Notes under the pieces: generated by a model
Told to the model about the DNA's origin: nothing
What the model saw: the letters and a program-made list of their open reading frames with translations, nothing else
Databases searched by the model: none
Translations under genes and position numbers: made by a program
In this document: piece after piece, positions 13,966 to 26,819 of the stretch
How positions within the stretch are numbered: the stretch's first letter is position 1
Layout: each line of letters opens with the position of its first letter
Source of the DNA: Hemiscyllium ocellatum
Taxonomy: Eukaryota
Assembly (NCBI RefSeq): GCF_020745735.1
Contig: NW_026867534.1
Coordinates: 1-59,549, forward strand
DNA length: 59,549 nt
Direction of reading: 5' to 3'

Positions 13966-14519
13966 TCATGGAGAAGAATGTATCTATCTCAATGTGTTGT
14001 GAATCTGTGGAATTCCCTATTCAAAATGCGGTGGATGCCAGGACAATGAGCAAACTTAATGAAGAGATACAGATTTTAATTTGCAACTAGTTGAAGGGTG
14101 AGAGAGAGCAGGCGGGAAAATCCAGCTGAGACTGAGGTTTTACCATATTAAATAATCATCATATTAAATGGGGGAGCTGGTTCGAAGGGCTGCATTGCCT
14201 CTCCTGTGCCCAGTCCTTATCTTCTCACGGTAATAACTGGAAAGCTGAATCCAAAACTCACAACTTTCACCCAAGGAGATTTTTGTTAAAAGCAGGATAG
14301 TCAAGTGGATTAGCAATTCAAACTTAGATAATGAGGAAGCTTCTAGGAGATAATGATTTTGCAATTTTAAACCAGGGGAGACAGTAATTTATACTTTTAG
14401 ACTGTGTAGTACATTCACAGCATCCAGAATAATTTGTTGAGAATATCTATCCTACACTTTCTTACAAAGCCAAGGTCTCTGATAATGAAAACCAAAAGGC
14501 CCAGAAAACATCATCTCAC

Positions 14520-15560
14520 CTCATTATGTGACAATAGATTGTGATAAGTCTGGATGAATTTAGAACCCAGATGGAAAGTGGGAAGATTAAATCCAATCCC
14601 AAGATCCTGTGCTTAAACAAAGGAGACAACAATAGGATGAGGGAGCAGTTGGCGAATGTAGACTGGAAGCAAAGACTTTCCGATGGGACAGTTGACAGAC
14701 AGTGGAGGAATATCAAAGCAATTTTTCAAAGTGTTCAAAAAAAGTATATATCAGTCAAAAAGAAGAAATGTAGGAAAAGGAGTAATCTGCCATGTGTGTC
14801 TAAGGAAATAAAAGGTATACAAATTGGCAAAGACCAGCGAGAAACGAGGAGATTAGAAAAACATAAAAGATCAACAGAAGGATGGATGGGATTGGGGGGA
14901 GAAAGTGATGAGTAGCTATCCATAGGGCCGGAATAGCAGCTTACACTGCTAGCGGGGAAATTATTGTATGGGAACATATGGCCTCTAATTGTTGAAGCAC
15001 TTTACTGTTACCATAGAGATAATCCTGACAAAGCTAAAAATCACAGCACACTCCGAAAGCTTGTACTTCCAAATAAGCCTGTTGGATTACAACCTAATGA
15101 TGTGTGGTTTTCAGGCTGGAGGTCTGTGACCAGTGCAGTGCCACAAGGATCGGTGCTGGATCCACTACTTTTCCTCATTGATATCAATGATTTGGATGTG
15201 AACATAAGTTATTAAGTTTGTACATGACACCAAAATTGGAGGTGTAGTGGACAGTGAAAAAGATCACCTCAGAGTACAACTGGATCTTGATCAGATGGGT
15301 GAATGGGCTGAGGTGTGGCAGATGGAGTTCATTGAAAGTAGAGTCGCAGTTTGATAGGTTAGTGAAGAAGGCAGTTATTCTGCTTTCCTTTACTTGATGG
15401 TATTCCAAAATTGGCTGAGCCAATAAACTGAACAACCAAAACATGATCTCCCAACTGCTATACTCAGTGCACTGCTCAATAACAGCTAGCATACCAAACA
15501 CCACCTTCACTGACCTGTCTACCTTCAACCATACTTTCAAGGAACTATCAATCCACACTC
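14520..15560. mobile_element. Rearranged CR1 fragments (EN-RT linker and RT; mixed orientation)
   Basis: NFNKGD-like linker, SAVPQGSVLDPLLF and KFVHDTKIG-like motifs; strand switch near 15370-15400. Confidence 0.75.
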
Positions 15561-17094
15561 GAAGGTCTACTTGTCTGTCAACACTTCCCAGGAACTTGCC
15601 ATTATGAGGTTGAGTCCTATCCTAGTAACATCTTTCCGAAATCATGAAGAATACAATTGAATGCAGTATTCTAAGGTTGGCCTCACCAATGCCCTATACA
15701 GCTACAACATGACCTCCTAACTCCTATACTCAGTGACAGAATCCCTACAGCGTTGAAAGAGGCCATTCAGCCCATGAGACCTTACCAACCATTGAACAGC
15801 TTCCATGTAACCGTGCATTTCCCACAGCTAACCCACCTAACGCACACATTTTGGATTGTCGGAGGAAACCAGAGCACCCAGAGGAAGCCCACGCACACAC
15901 ACACAGGGCGAGTGTGCAAATACCACACAGAGACTGGAATCGAACCGGAGTCCCTTTACTGAACAGTGTCCCAAATACCATGTTCAACATCTGATCTCCC
16001 CGAAACTATGCAGTTGTTCTGAGCCCTTCAGAGGGATTGCAGGGCCGGGGAGAAAACAGGAACAGAATTGAGGTATAGATCTATAAAATAACTCTCCATC
16101 CCACCACTCCCACTCTGTTGCCCCCTGTCTGCTCCCCCCCACCATGTTCCCCATAGCCCCCCTCGCTGTCTGCCTCCTCAGACCACCTGCCCCCCTCTGT
16201 CCCCCTGCCCCCTCTGTCTGCCCCGTCCAGCCTCTCTGTCCATCCCCCCACTGTACTCCCATGTCCCCCCTCACCCCCCATTCCCCACACTCCTTGTCCC
16301 CTAGTTCTGAACTCCCCACCACAGGAAAAGACCTTGTCTATTTCCCCTATCCATACCCCTCCTGATTTTACAAATCTCTATAAGGTCACCCATCAGCCTC
16401 TGATGCTCCAGGGAAAACAGCCTATTCAGCCTCTTCCTGGAGCTCAAATCCTCCAACCCTGGTAACATCCTCACAATTATTTTCTGAATCCTTTCCATTT
16501 GGAGAATATCATTTTGTTAGGAAGGAGACCAGAGTTGCATGGAACATTCCAAAAGTTGCCTAACCAATGTCCTGAGCAGCTGCAATATGACCTCCCGATC
16601 CCTACGCTCAACTCTCTGACCAATAAAGGAAAGCATACCAAAACCGAAACAACTGCAGATGCTGTCAACCATAAGAAAAAGAAGTTTCTGGAAAAGCTTG
16701 ACAAAAATGTAGCATCTGCGAAGAGAAATTTGAGTTAACGTTTCTGAGAAAGGGTGACCGGACCCAAAACATTAGCTGATTTTTCTTGACAGATGCTGCA
16801 TGGCCTGCTGAGCATTTCCAACAACATCTGTGCAAGTTTAAAGGGAGTTGTGTCAGGCAGGTTTCTTGTGCAGAAGGTGGTAAGTGATTACAACATACTC
16901 TCCTGGGAGAAGGTGAAAGCAGAAACAATCACAACGTTCAAGAGGCATTTGGGCAGACACATAAACAGGCAAGGGTTGGTAGGGATATGGAACATATACA
17001 GGCAGATGGAATTAGTTTGGAATAGCACTATGATCCGCACAGACATAGTGGGTCAATTATTCGGGTGCTGTACTGTTGTTTTCCGTGGCTAGAA

Positions 17095-18320
17095 TGTTTT
17101 TTTGGAAGAAGTAACAAAGAGGATTGATGAGGGAAGAGCAGTGGACATGATCTACATGGACTTCAGTAAGGCATTCGGCAAGATTCCCATGGGAGACGGT
17201 TAGCAAGGTTAGATCTCATGGAATACAGGGAGAACTAGCCATTTGGATACAGAACTGACTCAAAGGTAGAAAGCAGAGGGTGGTGGTGGAGGGTTGCTTT
17301 TCAGACTGCAGGCCTGTGACCAGTGGAGTGTCACAAGGATCAGTGCTGGGTCCACTCCTTCTCGTCATTTATAAAAGCGATTGGGTTGTGAACATAGGAG
17401 GTGTTAGTAATTTTGCACATGACACCAAAATTGGAGGTATAGTGGACAGTGAAAAAGATTACCTCAGTATACAATGGGACATTAATCTGATAGGCAAATG
17501 GACTGAGGAGTGGCAGATGGAGTTTAGTTTAGAAAAACGTGTGGTGCTGCATTTTGGAAACGCAAATCTGAGCAGGTCTTATACACTTAATGGTAAGGTC
17601 CTCGGGAGCATTGTTGAACAAAGAGACCTTGGAGTGCAGGTTCATAGCTCCTTGAAAGTGGAGTCACAGGTAGATAGGATAGTGAAGAGGCCTTTTAGTA
17701 TGCTTTCCTTAAAAGGTCAGAGCATTGAGTATAGGAGTTGGGAGATCATATTGAGGCTGCAAAGGACGTTAGTTAGACCACATTTGGAATATTCCATGCA
17801 ATTCTGGTCTCCTTCTTATCTTAAGGGCGGCACGGTGGCACAGTGGTTAGCACTGCTGCCTCACAGCGCCTGTAGACCCGGGTTCAATTCCCGACTCAGG
17901 CGACTGACTGTGTGGAGTTTGCACGTTCTCCCCGTGTCTGCGTGGGTTTCCTCCGGGTGCTCCGGTTTCCTCCCACAGTCACAAAGATGTGCGGGTCAGG
18001 TGAATTGGCCAAGCTAAATTGCCCATAGTGTTAGGTGAGGGGTAAATGTAGGGGTATGGGTGGGTTGCGCTTCGGCGGGTCGGTGTGGACTTGTTGGGCC
18101 GAAGGGCCTGTTTCCACACTGTAAGTCTAATCTAAAACAATATTGTGAAACTTGAAAGGCGTCAGAAAACGATTACACGGATGTTACCGGGATTGGAGTA
18201 TTTGAGATATAGGGAGAGGTTGAATAGGCTGTTTTCCCTGGAGCGTCAGAGGCTGAGGGGTGACCTTTTAGGAGGTTTATAAAATCAGGAGGGACAGGTA
18301 TAGACAAGGTCTTTTCCCAG
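17095..18320 (+). mobile_element. CR1 RT fragment interrupted by an HE1 SINE
   Basis: [23 protein letters not shown] and [15 protein letters not shown]; the CR1 sequence resumes after 18135. Confidence 0.9.
17825..18135 (+). mobile_element. Young full-length HE1 V-SINE
   Basis: GGGCGGCACGG start, A box TGGCACAGTGG 17836-46, B box GGTTCAATTCC 17881-91, V domain, (CTAAT)n tail. Confidence 0.95.
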
Positions 18321-18609
18321 CAATGTTGGGGTTGGGGTGGGTGGGGAAAGAGTAGGAGGGGGGGAACGCAGTTATTTTATAGATCTACAACTCAACCCTG
18401 TTTTCTCCCCATCCCCTTCAATCCCTCTGAAGGGCTCAGAACAATTGCATAGTTCCTCGGAAGTGGAGTTTCAGGGAGATCAGGTGCTGAAGGTTGCATT
18501 TGGGACGCTGACCTGTATTGGAGGACCCAGATTCGATTCCACTCTCTGTGTGGTGATTGCACATTCTCCCTGTGTGTGTTTGCTTGGGCTTCCATTCTGT
18601 GCCTGTTTT

Positions 18610-18955
18610 CATTCCAGGCACTACTATTATAGGACAAGCCAAACAGAGGACAGCCAGGGAATTCCTAGCGGCATAGCACTCATCCACAGATTCAATCAAT
18701 AAGCACATCGATCTGTACCCAATATACTGGCCACTGCAACAGACAGCTGGAACTGACAACTGGAAGCAGCAGATTCAAACCACTACAAATGCTGAAGGAA
18801 AGATCACAGAAGCGCTTCACAGGAGGCTCCCAAGCACTGAGGATGTCACCTAGACAGGGGACTAAACGTCTGCAACACAAATTCCCAGCTCGGGGAACAG
18901 AACCACAACAACGAGCACCCGAGCTACAAATCTTCTCACAAAATTTGAATTCCAG
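18610..18955 (+). mobile_element. Penelope-like element 3' end with degenerate hammerhead motif
   Basis: TTIIGQAKQRTAREFLA..HS resembles a GIY-YIG C-terminus; CTGAGGA-T-GTCAC-CTAGACAG-GGGAC-TAAAC-GTC at 18837-18870. Confidence 0.75.
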
Positions 18956-19669
18956 ACATCTCTATGACTCTGTTTTGCTAAACTTGAAGGGTTTCAGAAA
19001 ATATCTACAAGGTTATTGTTAGGGCTGTGGAGTTAAAGGGTGAGGCTGTATAGGCTGGGGCTTTTCCCCTGGAGCATCAGAGACTGAGGGGCTACCTTAT
19101 TAGAGGAGCACAAATAGGGTGAATAGTCAAGGACTTTGTTTCCACCCAGTGTCGGGGAGTTCAAAACTAGAGGGCATTGGGTTTAAGGTGAGAGGGGAAA
19201 GAGTGAAAAGGGACCTGAGGGACAAATGTTTCCCTAGCAGGTTGCTGTGTGTATGGAATGAGCTGCCAGAGGAGTAATGAATGCATGGAGGGTTACAACA
19301 TTTAAAAGGCGTCTGGAGGGATACATGAATAGAAAGTGTTCAGAGTGATATCGGCCAACTCTCCCAAATGGGACTGGATCAGTTTCGGATATCTGATAGA
19401 CATGGACGGGTTGGACTGAAGGGTGTGTTTCATGCTGTATCACTCTCTGACTCAAAGTGCTTCAGCAAAATGGTGGGAATCTACAATAAAAACACAACGT
19501 GCTGGAGATCCTCAGCAGGTCGGGCAGCATCTGAAATGGTGACAGATGCAGGAAACATTGCTGATTCCCACCATTTTGCTGAAGCACTTAGAGACAGAGA
19601 GCTGTACAGCTCCAGATTTTGTTGGCTCTGATTCCTGGGATGGCAGGACTGATGGATGAAGAGGGACTC

Positions 19670-20450
19670 AATCCTCATTTAATCCTCCTTTCCTTTGGCT
19701 TTCTGAGCCGCTGACTACATCACTGATATTCTCCCTCCCATTCCCTGACCTGAGTCTGACCCATCGAAACCTACACTTTAGTTCCCATCCCCCTGCCAGG
19801 TTAGTTACAACCTCACCAATGAAACTGGCAAAAGCCCCCATGAGGAGATTTCTCCCAGCTCTGCCCAGGGGTAACCAGTCAGGCTGGTATAGGTCCCACC
19901 TAACCCAGAAACAGTCCCAGGGCCTGAAGAATCTAAACCCTTCTCTGGTACACCATTTGCCCAGCCACACATCCAGCTGATCTATCCTCTTATTCCTGCT
20001 CTCACGAGCACTTGGCACTTTCCTCCCATTCTGTGCAGCACAGCTCTCTGTGGTGTCATGACCCTGGCTGTTGCTGATTTCCCCTGAGAGGCCACCCCAC
20101 CCGTAACCCCCCATAACAGAATCCCAAGCGGTATACGGTATCTGTTTGGGAAGGGGATGACCACTGAGGACTCCTGCACTCCCTTCCTGAGCCTTTTGCT
20201 TGATCTGATGGTGACCCATTCCCTTTCTGCCTGTGTAACCCTCACCTGCAGTGTGACTAACTCACTAAACATGCTGTCCAAAACATTCTCAGGATTGCAG
20301 ATGCTCCAGTGAGTCCACTCACAGCTCCAGGTCTGAAAAGCAGTTTCCCAGTAACACTTCCTGCACAGAGAGCCGTCAGGGACACTGGAAGTGCCCCTTA
20401 TTTCCCACATTGTACAAGAGGAGCACAGCACAGTCTGAGGGCTCCTGTCA
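19670..20450 (-). mobile_element. CR1 ORF1 remnant (Cys-rich N-terminus plus SGNH-esterase-like C-terminus)
   Basis: VLCSSCTMWEIRGTSSVPDGSLCRKC and WDLYQPDWLPLGRAGRNLL (a DGLHL-type motif), frameshifted. Confidence 0.8.
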
Positions 20451-21074
20451 CAACCTCTCCCTAGATTCATCTCGTTACTCCCAGAGTGGAGCCAAACCCT
20501 CCCAGTCTACATTTGATCCGGTTTCTGCTGCCCCGCCCCCCTTTCCCGTTTCCTCCTCCTGCAAACACCAAGGGTCCAGTGACCCTTCCTCAGAACCGAT
20601 GACAGCTGGGAAATTAGAATCCCGACAGTGTGGAAACTGGCCCTTCGGCCCAACAATTCCACACCCACCCTCTGAAGTTTATCCCACACAGCCCCATTTC
20701 CCCGGACTAATGCACATCCCTGAACACTTTGGGAAATTTAGCTGGGCCAATTCACCGAACCTGCATATCTTTGGACTACAGGAGATAGGGGTTAAAGAGT
20801 AAATAATAGTTGGGGACAGAGCCCAAAGAGAGACAGGAACATTTGGAAAGACAAAGCAGTGGATAACGATCCGGCTGGGAGGGTGCATAGCTGTTAATGG
20901 AGGAGACAGGAACCTGTGTCTGGCAGCATCTCAGTGGAGGTGCTGGAAATGGTGGCTGATGATCTACGTTCTGCTGCAAAACAGACCATGAGCTTCCAGT
21001 TGCTTGTCACTTTAACTCACGAGCCTGTTCCCTGGCCAACATCTCTGTCTCAGGCTTACTGCAGTGTTCCAGTG

Positions 21075-22140
21075 AAGCTTGATGCAAGCTGGCAGAACAC
21101 TCCAGAACATACCAAATGGCCTCCAATTTCAAGGACTGCAATTTCCCCTCCCATTTGGTCATCAATACCCTCCAGTGTATCTCCTCCACTTCCTGCATCT
21201 CTGCTCTTGAACCCCAACACCTCCAACCGCAACAAGGATGGAATCCCTCTAGTCCTCACCTTCCTCCCAGATACAACACATCATCCTCCACCATTTCCAC
21301 CACCTACAATCAGACCCCACCAGAGATATATTTCCCTCCTCACCCCTTTCAGCATTCCACAGAGATCATTCTCTCTGAGACTCCCTCATTAGATCCATGC
21401 TCCCCACCAACCCATCCTCCACTCCCGGCACCTTCGCTTGCCACTGCAAGAAGTGTAAAACCTGTGCCCACACCTTCCCCTCACCTCCTTCCAAGGCACC
21501 ACAGGATCCTCCCACATCCAACAGAGATTTCCCTGCCCATCCAAACACCTCACCTATTGTGTCCGTTGCTCTCTATGTGGTCTCCTCTACACTGGGGAGT
21601 TAGGACGCCAACTTGTGGAATATTTCAGGGAGCATTTCTGGGACACATGCACCAACCAATCCCACCGCCCTGTGGCCGACCACATCAGCTACCCACCCCC
21701 GCCAACACGCTGCCAAGGACATGCAAGTCCCAGATGTCCTCCACCCCCAAATTTGAGCCACCCGAGGCCTGGAGGAACAACACCTCATCTTCCACCTTGG
21801 GACCTTTCAACCACACGGCATCAATGTTTCCTCGTCTCCCCTCCCCCACCTTATCCCAGATTCAACCCTCCAACTCGGCGCTGGCCTCTTGAACTGTCCC
21901 ACCTGTCCATCTTCCTTTCCAATTATCCACTACATCCTCTCACCACTACCCCTCCATCTACATCTACCTGTTGCCTTCCTAACTCCCTTCCCCCAACCCC
22001 ACACACCCCTCCCTATTTATCTCTCAGCCCTCTCTTCCCCCACCACCCATATTTCTGGTGAAGTGCTTATATGCCCAATACGTCGATTCTCCTGTTCTTT
22101 GGATGCTGCCTGACCTGCTGCGCTTTTCCAGCGCCACAAT
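21075..22140 (+). mobile_element. Penelope-like retroelement: RT C-terminus, GIY-YIG endonuclease and tail
   Basis: NRNKDGIPLVLTF, RDHSL.DSL, TPGTFACHCKKCKTC and YCVRCSLCGLLYTG..EYFREH, followed by a pyrimidine-rich tail and a degenerate HHR at about 22035-22085. Confidence 0.85.
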
Positions 22141-22294
22141 TTAAAGCAAGCTAGAAAAACAACACCTCATCTCCCACTCGGGGACCCTGCAATCCTCTGG
22201 CTTCAACATCGAATTCAATAATTTTATGTCCTGAACGCTCCCACGTCCTAGTTTCTTTGCCCCCTACCCCATATACCAGGCCTTGTTATTACAT

Positions 22295-22843
22295 TGGAGA
22301 AAGTGAGGACTGCAGATGCTGGAGATCAGAGCTGAAAATGTGTTGCTGGAAAAGCGCAGCAGGTCAGGCAGCATCCAAGGAGCAGGAGAATCGACGTTTC
22401 AGGCATGAGCCCTTCTTCAGGAATGAGGAAGATGTGTCACGCAGGCTAAGATAAAAGGTAGGTAGGAGGGACTTGGGGGAGGGACGTTGGAAATGCGATA
22501 GGTGGAAGGAGGTAAAGGTGAGGGTGATAGGCCGGAGTGGAGGTGGGGGCGGAGAGGTCAGGAAGAAGATTGCAGGTTAGGAAAGTGGTGTTGAGTTCAA
22601 GAGTTGGGACTGAGACAAGGTGGGGGAGGGGAAATGAGGAAACTGGAGAAATCTGAGTTCATCCCTTGTGGTTGGAGGGTTCCTAAGCGGAAGATGAGGC
22701 GCTTCTTCCTCCAGCCGTCGTGTTGCTATGGTCTGGCGATGGAGGAGTCCAAGGACCTGCATGTCCTTGGTGGAGTGGGAGGGGGAGTTGAAGTGTTGAG
22801 CCACGGGGTGGTTGGGTTGGTTGGTCCGGGTATCCCAAAGGTA
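22295..22843 (-). mobile_element. 5'-truncated PLE insertion with 9-bp TSD and HHR motif
   Basis: TTATTACAT at 22286-94 and 22844-52; minus-strand VAQHFNSPSHSTKDMQVLGLLH; CTGAAGA-A-GGGC-TCAT-GCCT-GAAAC-GTC on the minus strand at 22389-22424. Confidence 0.85.
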
Positions 22844-23061
22844 TTATTACATAGCCTGCCATTACACAGTACCTATGGTTAGCCACTAACAGTCCCCATA
22901 AACAGCTATTCACCCTCCCCCAGCCAGATCGTTATCCACTCCTTTGTCCAACTGCTCCTATCGCTCTTTTTAGACTCTATCCCCACCTATCATTTACTCC
23001 CTAACCCCTACCTTCTACATATAAACCGACATTTTTTTTCTCAGTAACATCAGTACCTGAG

Positions 23062-23264
23062 TTAAAAATCTCACAACACCACGTTATAGTCCAACAGGTT
23101 TATTTGGAAACACACTAGCTTTCAGAGCGATGCTACACAATCACCTGATAAAGGAGCGTCGCTCTGAAAGCTAGTGTGCTTCTAATTAAACCTGTTGGAC
23201 TATAACCTGGTGTTGTGTGATTTTTAACTTTGTAAACCCCAGTTCAACACCGGCATCTCCAAAT
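23062..23264 (+). mobile_element. 203-bp palindromic non-autonomous PLE-derived element with 14-bp TSD
   Basis: CATCAGTACCTGAG at 23048-61 and 23265-78; about 73-bp inverted arms; mutated HHR core at 23142-23176. Confidence 0.85.
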
Positions 23265-23539
23265 CATCAGTACCTGAGGTAGGGTCACCGGATCCAAAAT
23301 GCGAACTGATTTCTCTTCACAGATGCTGTCAGATTTGCTGAGCTTTTCCAGCACCTTCTGGTTGTTGTGTGTGATTTACAGCATCCGCAGTTGTTTTGGT
23401 TTCAATTTACCCGGAGTTCCTATTTCAGGTCTAGCAGACTGAAACAGTGTTTATCAACCCTCCCAATCCACACTAACGCCACCCCTCTCCCAGTCTCTGC
23501 TGTCTCTCCCAGTCCCTTCACACTCACTGAGATCCCCCC

Positions 23540-23800
23540 CCATCACAGTGCCAGTGATCCGGGTTCAATTCCTGCCTCAGGCAATTATCCGTGTGGAGTT
23601 TGCACATTCTCCCTCTGTCTGCGTGGGTTTCCTCCGGGTGCTCCAGTTTCCTCCCACAGTTCAAAAATATGCAGGTTAGGTGAAATGGCCATGTTAAATT
23701 GCCCATAGTGTTAGGTGAAGGGGTAAAAGTAGCGGGGTGGGGTGGAGTTGTTGGGCTGAAGGGCCTGTTTCCACACTGTAAGTAATCTAATCTAATCTTT
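23540..23800 (+). mobile_element. HE1 V-SINE (A box truncated)
   Basis: B box GGTTCAATTCC, V domain, (CTAAT)n tail. Confidence 0.88.
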
Positions 23801-26240
23801 TCCCTCAGGTGGGGGAATTCCAGAACTAGTCGGCACAGGCTTAGGGTGAGACGGGAAAGATATGAAAGAGACCTGAGGGGCAACATTTTCATGCAGAGTG
23901 TGCTGCGTGTATGGAATGAGCTATCAGAAGATGTGGTGGAGACTGGTACAATTGCAACATTGAAAATCCATCTGGATGGGTATGTCAATAGGGAGGTTTG
24001 GATGGATATGGGGTGGGTGCTGGCAGGCTGGACTAGATTGGGTTGGGGTAAGTGGTTGGCATGGACGGAATGGACTGAAGGGTCTGTTTCCATGTTATGC
24101 ATCTCTATGACTCTATGACCTTCTAAACAATTCTGTATCCAAATAACTAGTTCTCCCTGTATTCTACAGTGTCCAACTTGCTAACCAGTCTGTCATGTAG
24201 AAGTTTGTGTCTTACTGAAGTCCAAGTTAGTGACTTCCATGCACAAAGCCATGCTACCTCTCCCTAATCAGTGGGAAGTGGCCTTTCCTTCCCACCTTTC
24301 TCAAATAATGGCGCCCATCTTCCAGCACCTCACCTGTGACTATCAATGACACAAATATCTCAGCGAAGGGCCCATCAAACACTTCCCTAGATTCCCACAA
24401 AGTTCTGGGTTACACCTGAGCACGTCCCAGTGATATATCCACCTTTATGCATTTTAAGACATCCAGTACTCCATCCGCTCTAATATGGACACTTGTCAAG
24501 TTATCACTATTTATTTCTCCAAACATAAAAGCTGCCACATCATCTTTCAGTAAAAGAATCTCATGTAGAATCTCTCCCACCTCCTGCGGTTCCACAGACA
24601 GCCTTGATGATTTTTGTGGGTACCTATTCTCTGTCTGGTTACTCGTTTGTCCTTAGTGTATTTGTAGAATTGCTTTGGATTCTCCTCAAACCTATTTCCT
24701 AAACCTATCTCATGCCCCCTTTTTGCCCTCCTGGTTTACCTCCAGTATACTCCTACTGCCCTTATACTCCTCTAGGGAGTCACACAAACCCAGCTGTCTG
24801 TACCTGTCATATGCCTCCTTCATTTTCTTGACCAGGCCCTCAATTTCTCTCGACAGGCAGCATTCTCTACACCGACCAGCCTTGGCCTTAACAGGAACAT
24901 ACTGTCTATGTACTCTCATTGTCGCAGGCCTATGGAGGCAATGGCAGATGAGGACAGAGAAGCAATCATTCTCATTACAGACATAATGTTGTGAAAGGTA
25001 ACAGCCTAAAGGTAGATGGGTCTCCTGGCCCTGATGGAATGCATCCCAGGGACTAAAAGAGATGTCAGGGTTGGGGGGGAACACAACAAGCGCATTGATC
25101 AAGGGGGAACAAGTGGATGTGGTGCATCTGGATTTCCAGAAAATATTCAACAATTTACCACACAAAAGGCTGCTGTATAAGGTAAAGGTTGCACAGCATT
25201 GTGGGTAATGCATTGGCATGGATAGAGGATTGGTTAATGAACAAAAATAAAGAATGGGGATAAATGAGTGTTTGGGTTAGTGTTGGCACTACAACTGTTT
25301 ACCATTTACACAAATGTTAGGGAGTTGAGGACCAAGTGTACGGTGTCAGAGTTCACATTTGACATTAAGATGAGGTCGAGCAATGTGTGCAGAGACCACT
25401 ATCAGTCTGCACAGAGATACAGAAAGGTTAAGTGAGTGGGTAAGGGTCTGGCAGATGGGGTATAATGTTGGGGAACGTGAGGTTATTCATTTTGGTCAGA
25501 CTAACAGCAAACTGGATGATTAAAATATTGAAAACTTGCAGCATGCTGCTGTGCAGAGGGAGCTGGGTGTCCTTGTGCATGAATCACAGGAAGCTGGTTT
25601 GCAGGTGCAGCAGGTAATTAAGGCAGTGAAGGGAATATTGTCCTTCATTGCTAGAGGGATGGTTATGCTGCAGTTGTACAGGGTGCTGGGGAGGCCACAC
25701 CGGGAGTACTGTGTACAGGTTTGGTCTCCTTACTTCAGGAAGGATGTACTGACACAAGAGGGGGTGCAGAGGAGGGTCACTAGTTTTAGTCAGGAGTTGA
25801 GAGGGTTGGTGTTTGTGGAGAGATTGAGTAGACTGGGACTATACTCTTTAGAATTTAGAAGAATGGGAGGTTGGATAGGAAAAATAAAATTATGAATAGA
25901 TAAGATGGAAGCAGGGAGGTTATTTGCACTGGGGACAGGTGAAACTAGAGGGCATAGTGTCAAAATAAGGGGAAGCAGATTTAGGACTGAATTCAGGAGG
26001 AACTTCTTCAGCTAAAGGGTTGTGAGTCTGTGGAATTCCCTGCTGAGTGAAGCTGACTGACATCTTGAATATCTTTAAGGCAAAAGGTAGATTTATGAAC
26101 AGGAAAGGAATTAAGGGTGATGGTGGGACAGCAGGAAAGTGCAGCTGAGACCATGGAAAGATCAGCCCTGACCTTTTTCAATGGCAGAGCAGGCTTGAGG
26201 GGCCAGATGGCCTACTCCTGCTCCTCTTCCTTATGTTCTT
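23800..26240. mobile_element. Patchwork of CR1 fragments on both strands
   Basis: RT and 3'-tail motifs in ORFs 23846, 24410(-), 24710(-) and 25536 (LYRVLGRPHREYCVQVWSP). Confidence 0.8.
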
Positions 26241-26491
26241 ATGTTCCCACTTCCCAGCCGTCCCTTTACCTGGGAGTAGCCTCCTGCAAACAAATTTTGA
26301 AAGTTCTTGCCTCATGCCATTAACATTGGCTTTTGTCCAAATTAGAACATTAACTTTTACATCTGGTCTATTCTTTTCTAAAACCAGTTTAAAACTAGTA
26401 GAATAATCAGATAATCCAATCGGCCCATCACATCCACACTGACCCTCACAGCCTCCTACCCTACCCCTGTAACAATGCATTTCCCATGGCC

Positions 26492-26767
26492 AATCCACCT
26501 AACCTACACACCCCTGAACACAATGGGCAATTCAGCCTGGATAATCCACCCAATCTGCACATCCCTGAACACCATGGGCAATTCAGCCTGGATAACCCAC
26601 CCAACCTGCACATCCCTGAACACTGTGGGCAATTCAGCCTGGAAAATCCACCCAATCTGCACATCCCTGAACACAATGGACAATTCAGCCTGGATAATCC
26701 ACCCAACCTGCACATCCCTGAACACTATGGACAATTCAGCCTGGATAATCCACCTAACCTGCACATC
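26492..26767. repeat. 51-bp minisatellite (about 5.4 copies) inside a minus-strand HE1 SINE
   Basis: Unit AATCCACCCAATCTGCACATCCCTGAACACAATGGGCAATTCAGCCTGGAT starts at 26492, 26543, 26594, 26645, 26696 and 26747. Confidence 0.95.
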
Positions 26768-26819
26768 TTTGGAAAATGGGAGGAAACCAGAGCACCTGGA
26801 CGAAACCCACACAGACAAC

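Larger units (their letters stand above)
22150..23450 (+). mobile_element. Older PLE 3' end acting as host for two nested insertions
   Basis: LEKQHLI..GTLQSSGFNIEFNNF, then a tail continuing at 22853-23047 and 23279-23400. Confidence 0.75.

Noticed and set aside
15985-16015. 5S rRNA-like TCTGATCTC..GAAACTATGCAG
   Set aside because: The inverted paralog at about 18440-18490 shows the match was created by a deletion, and there is no further 5S similarity.
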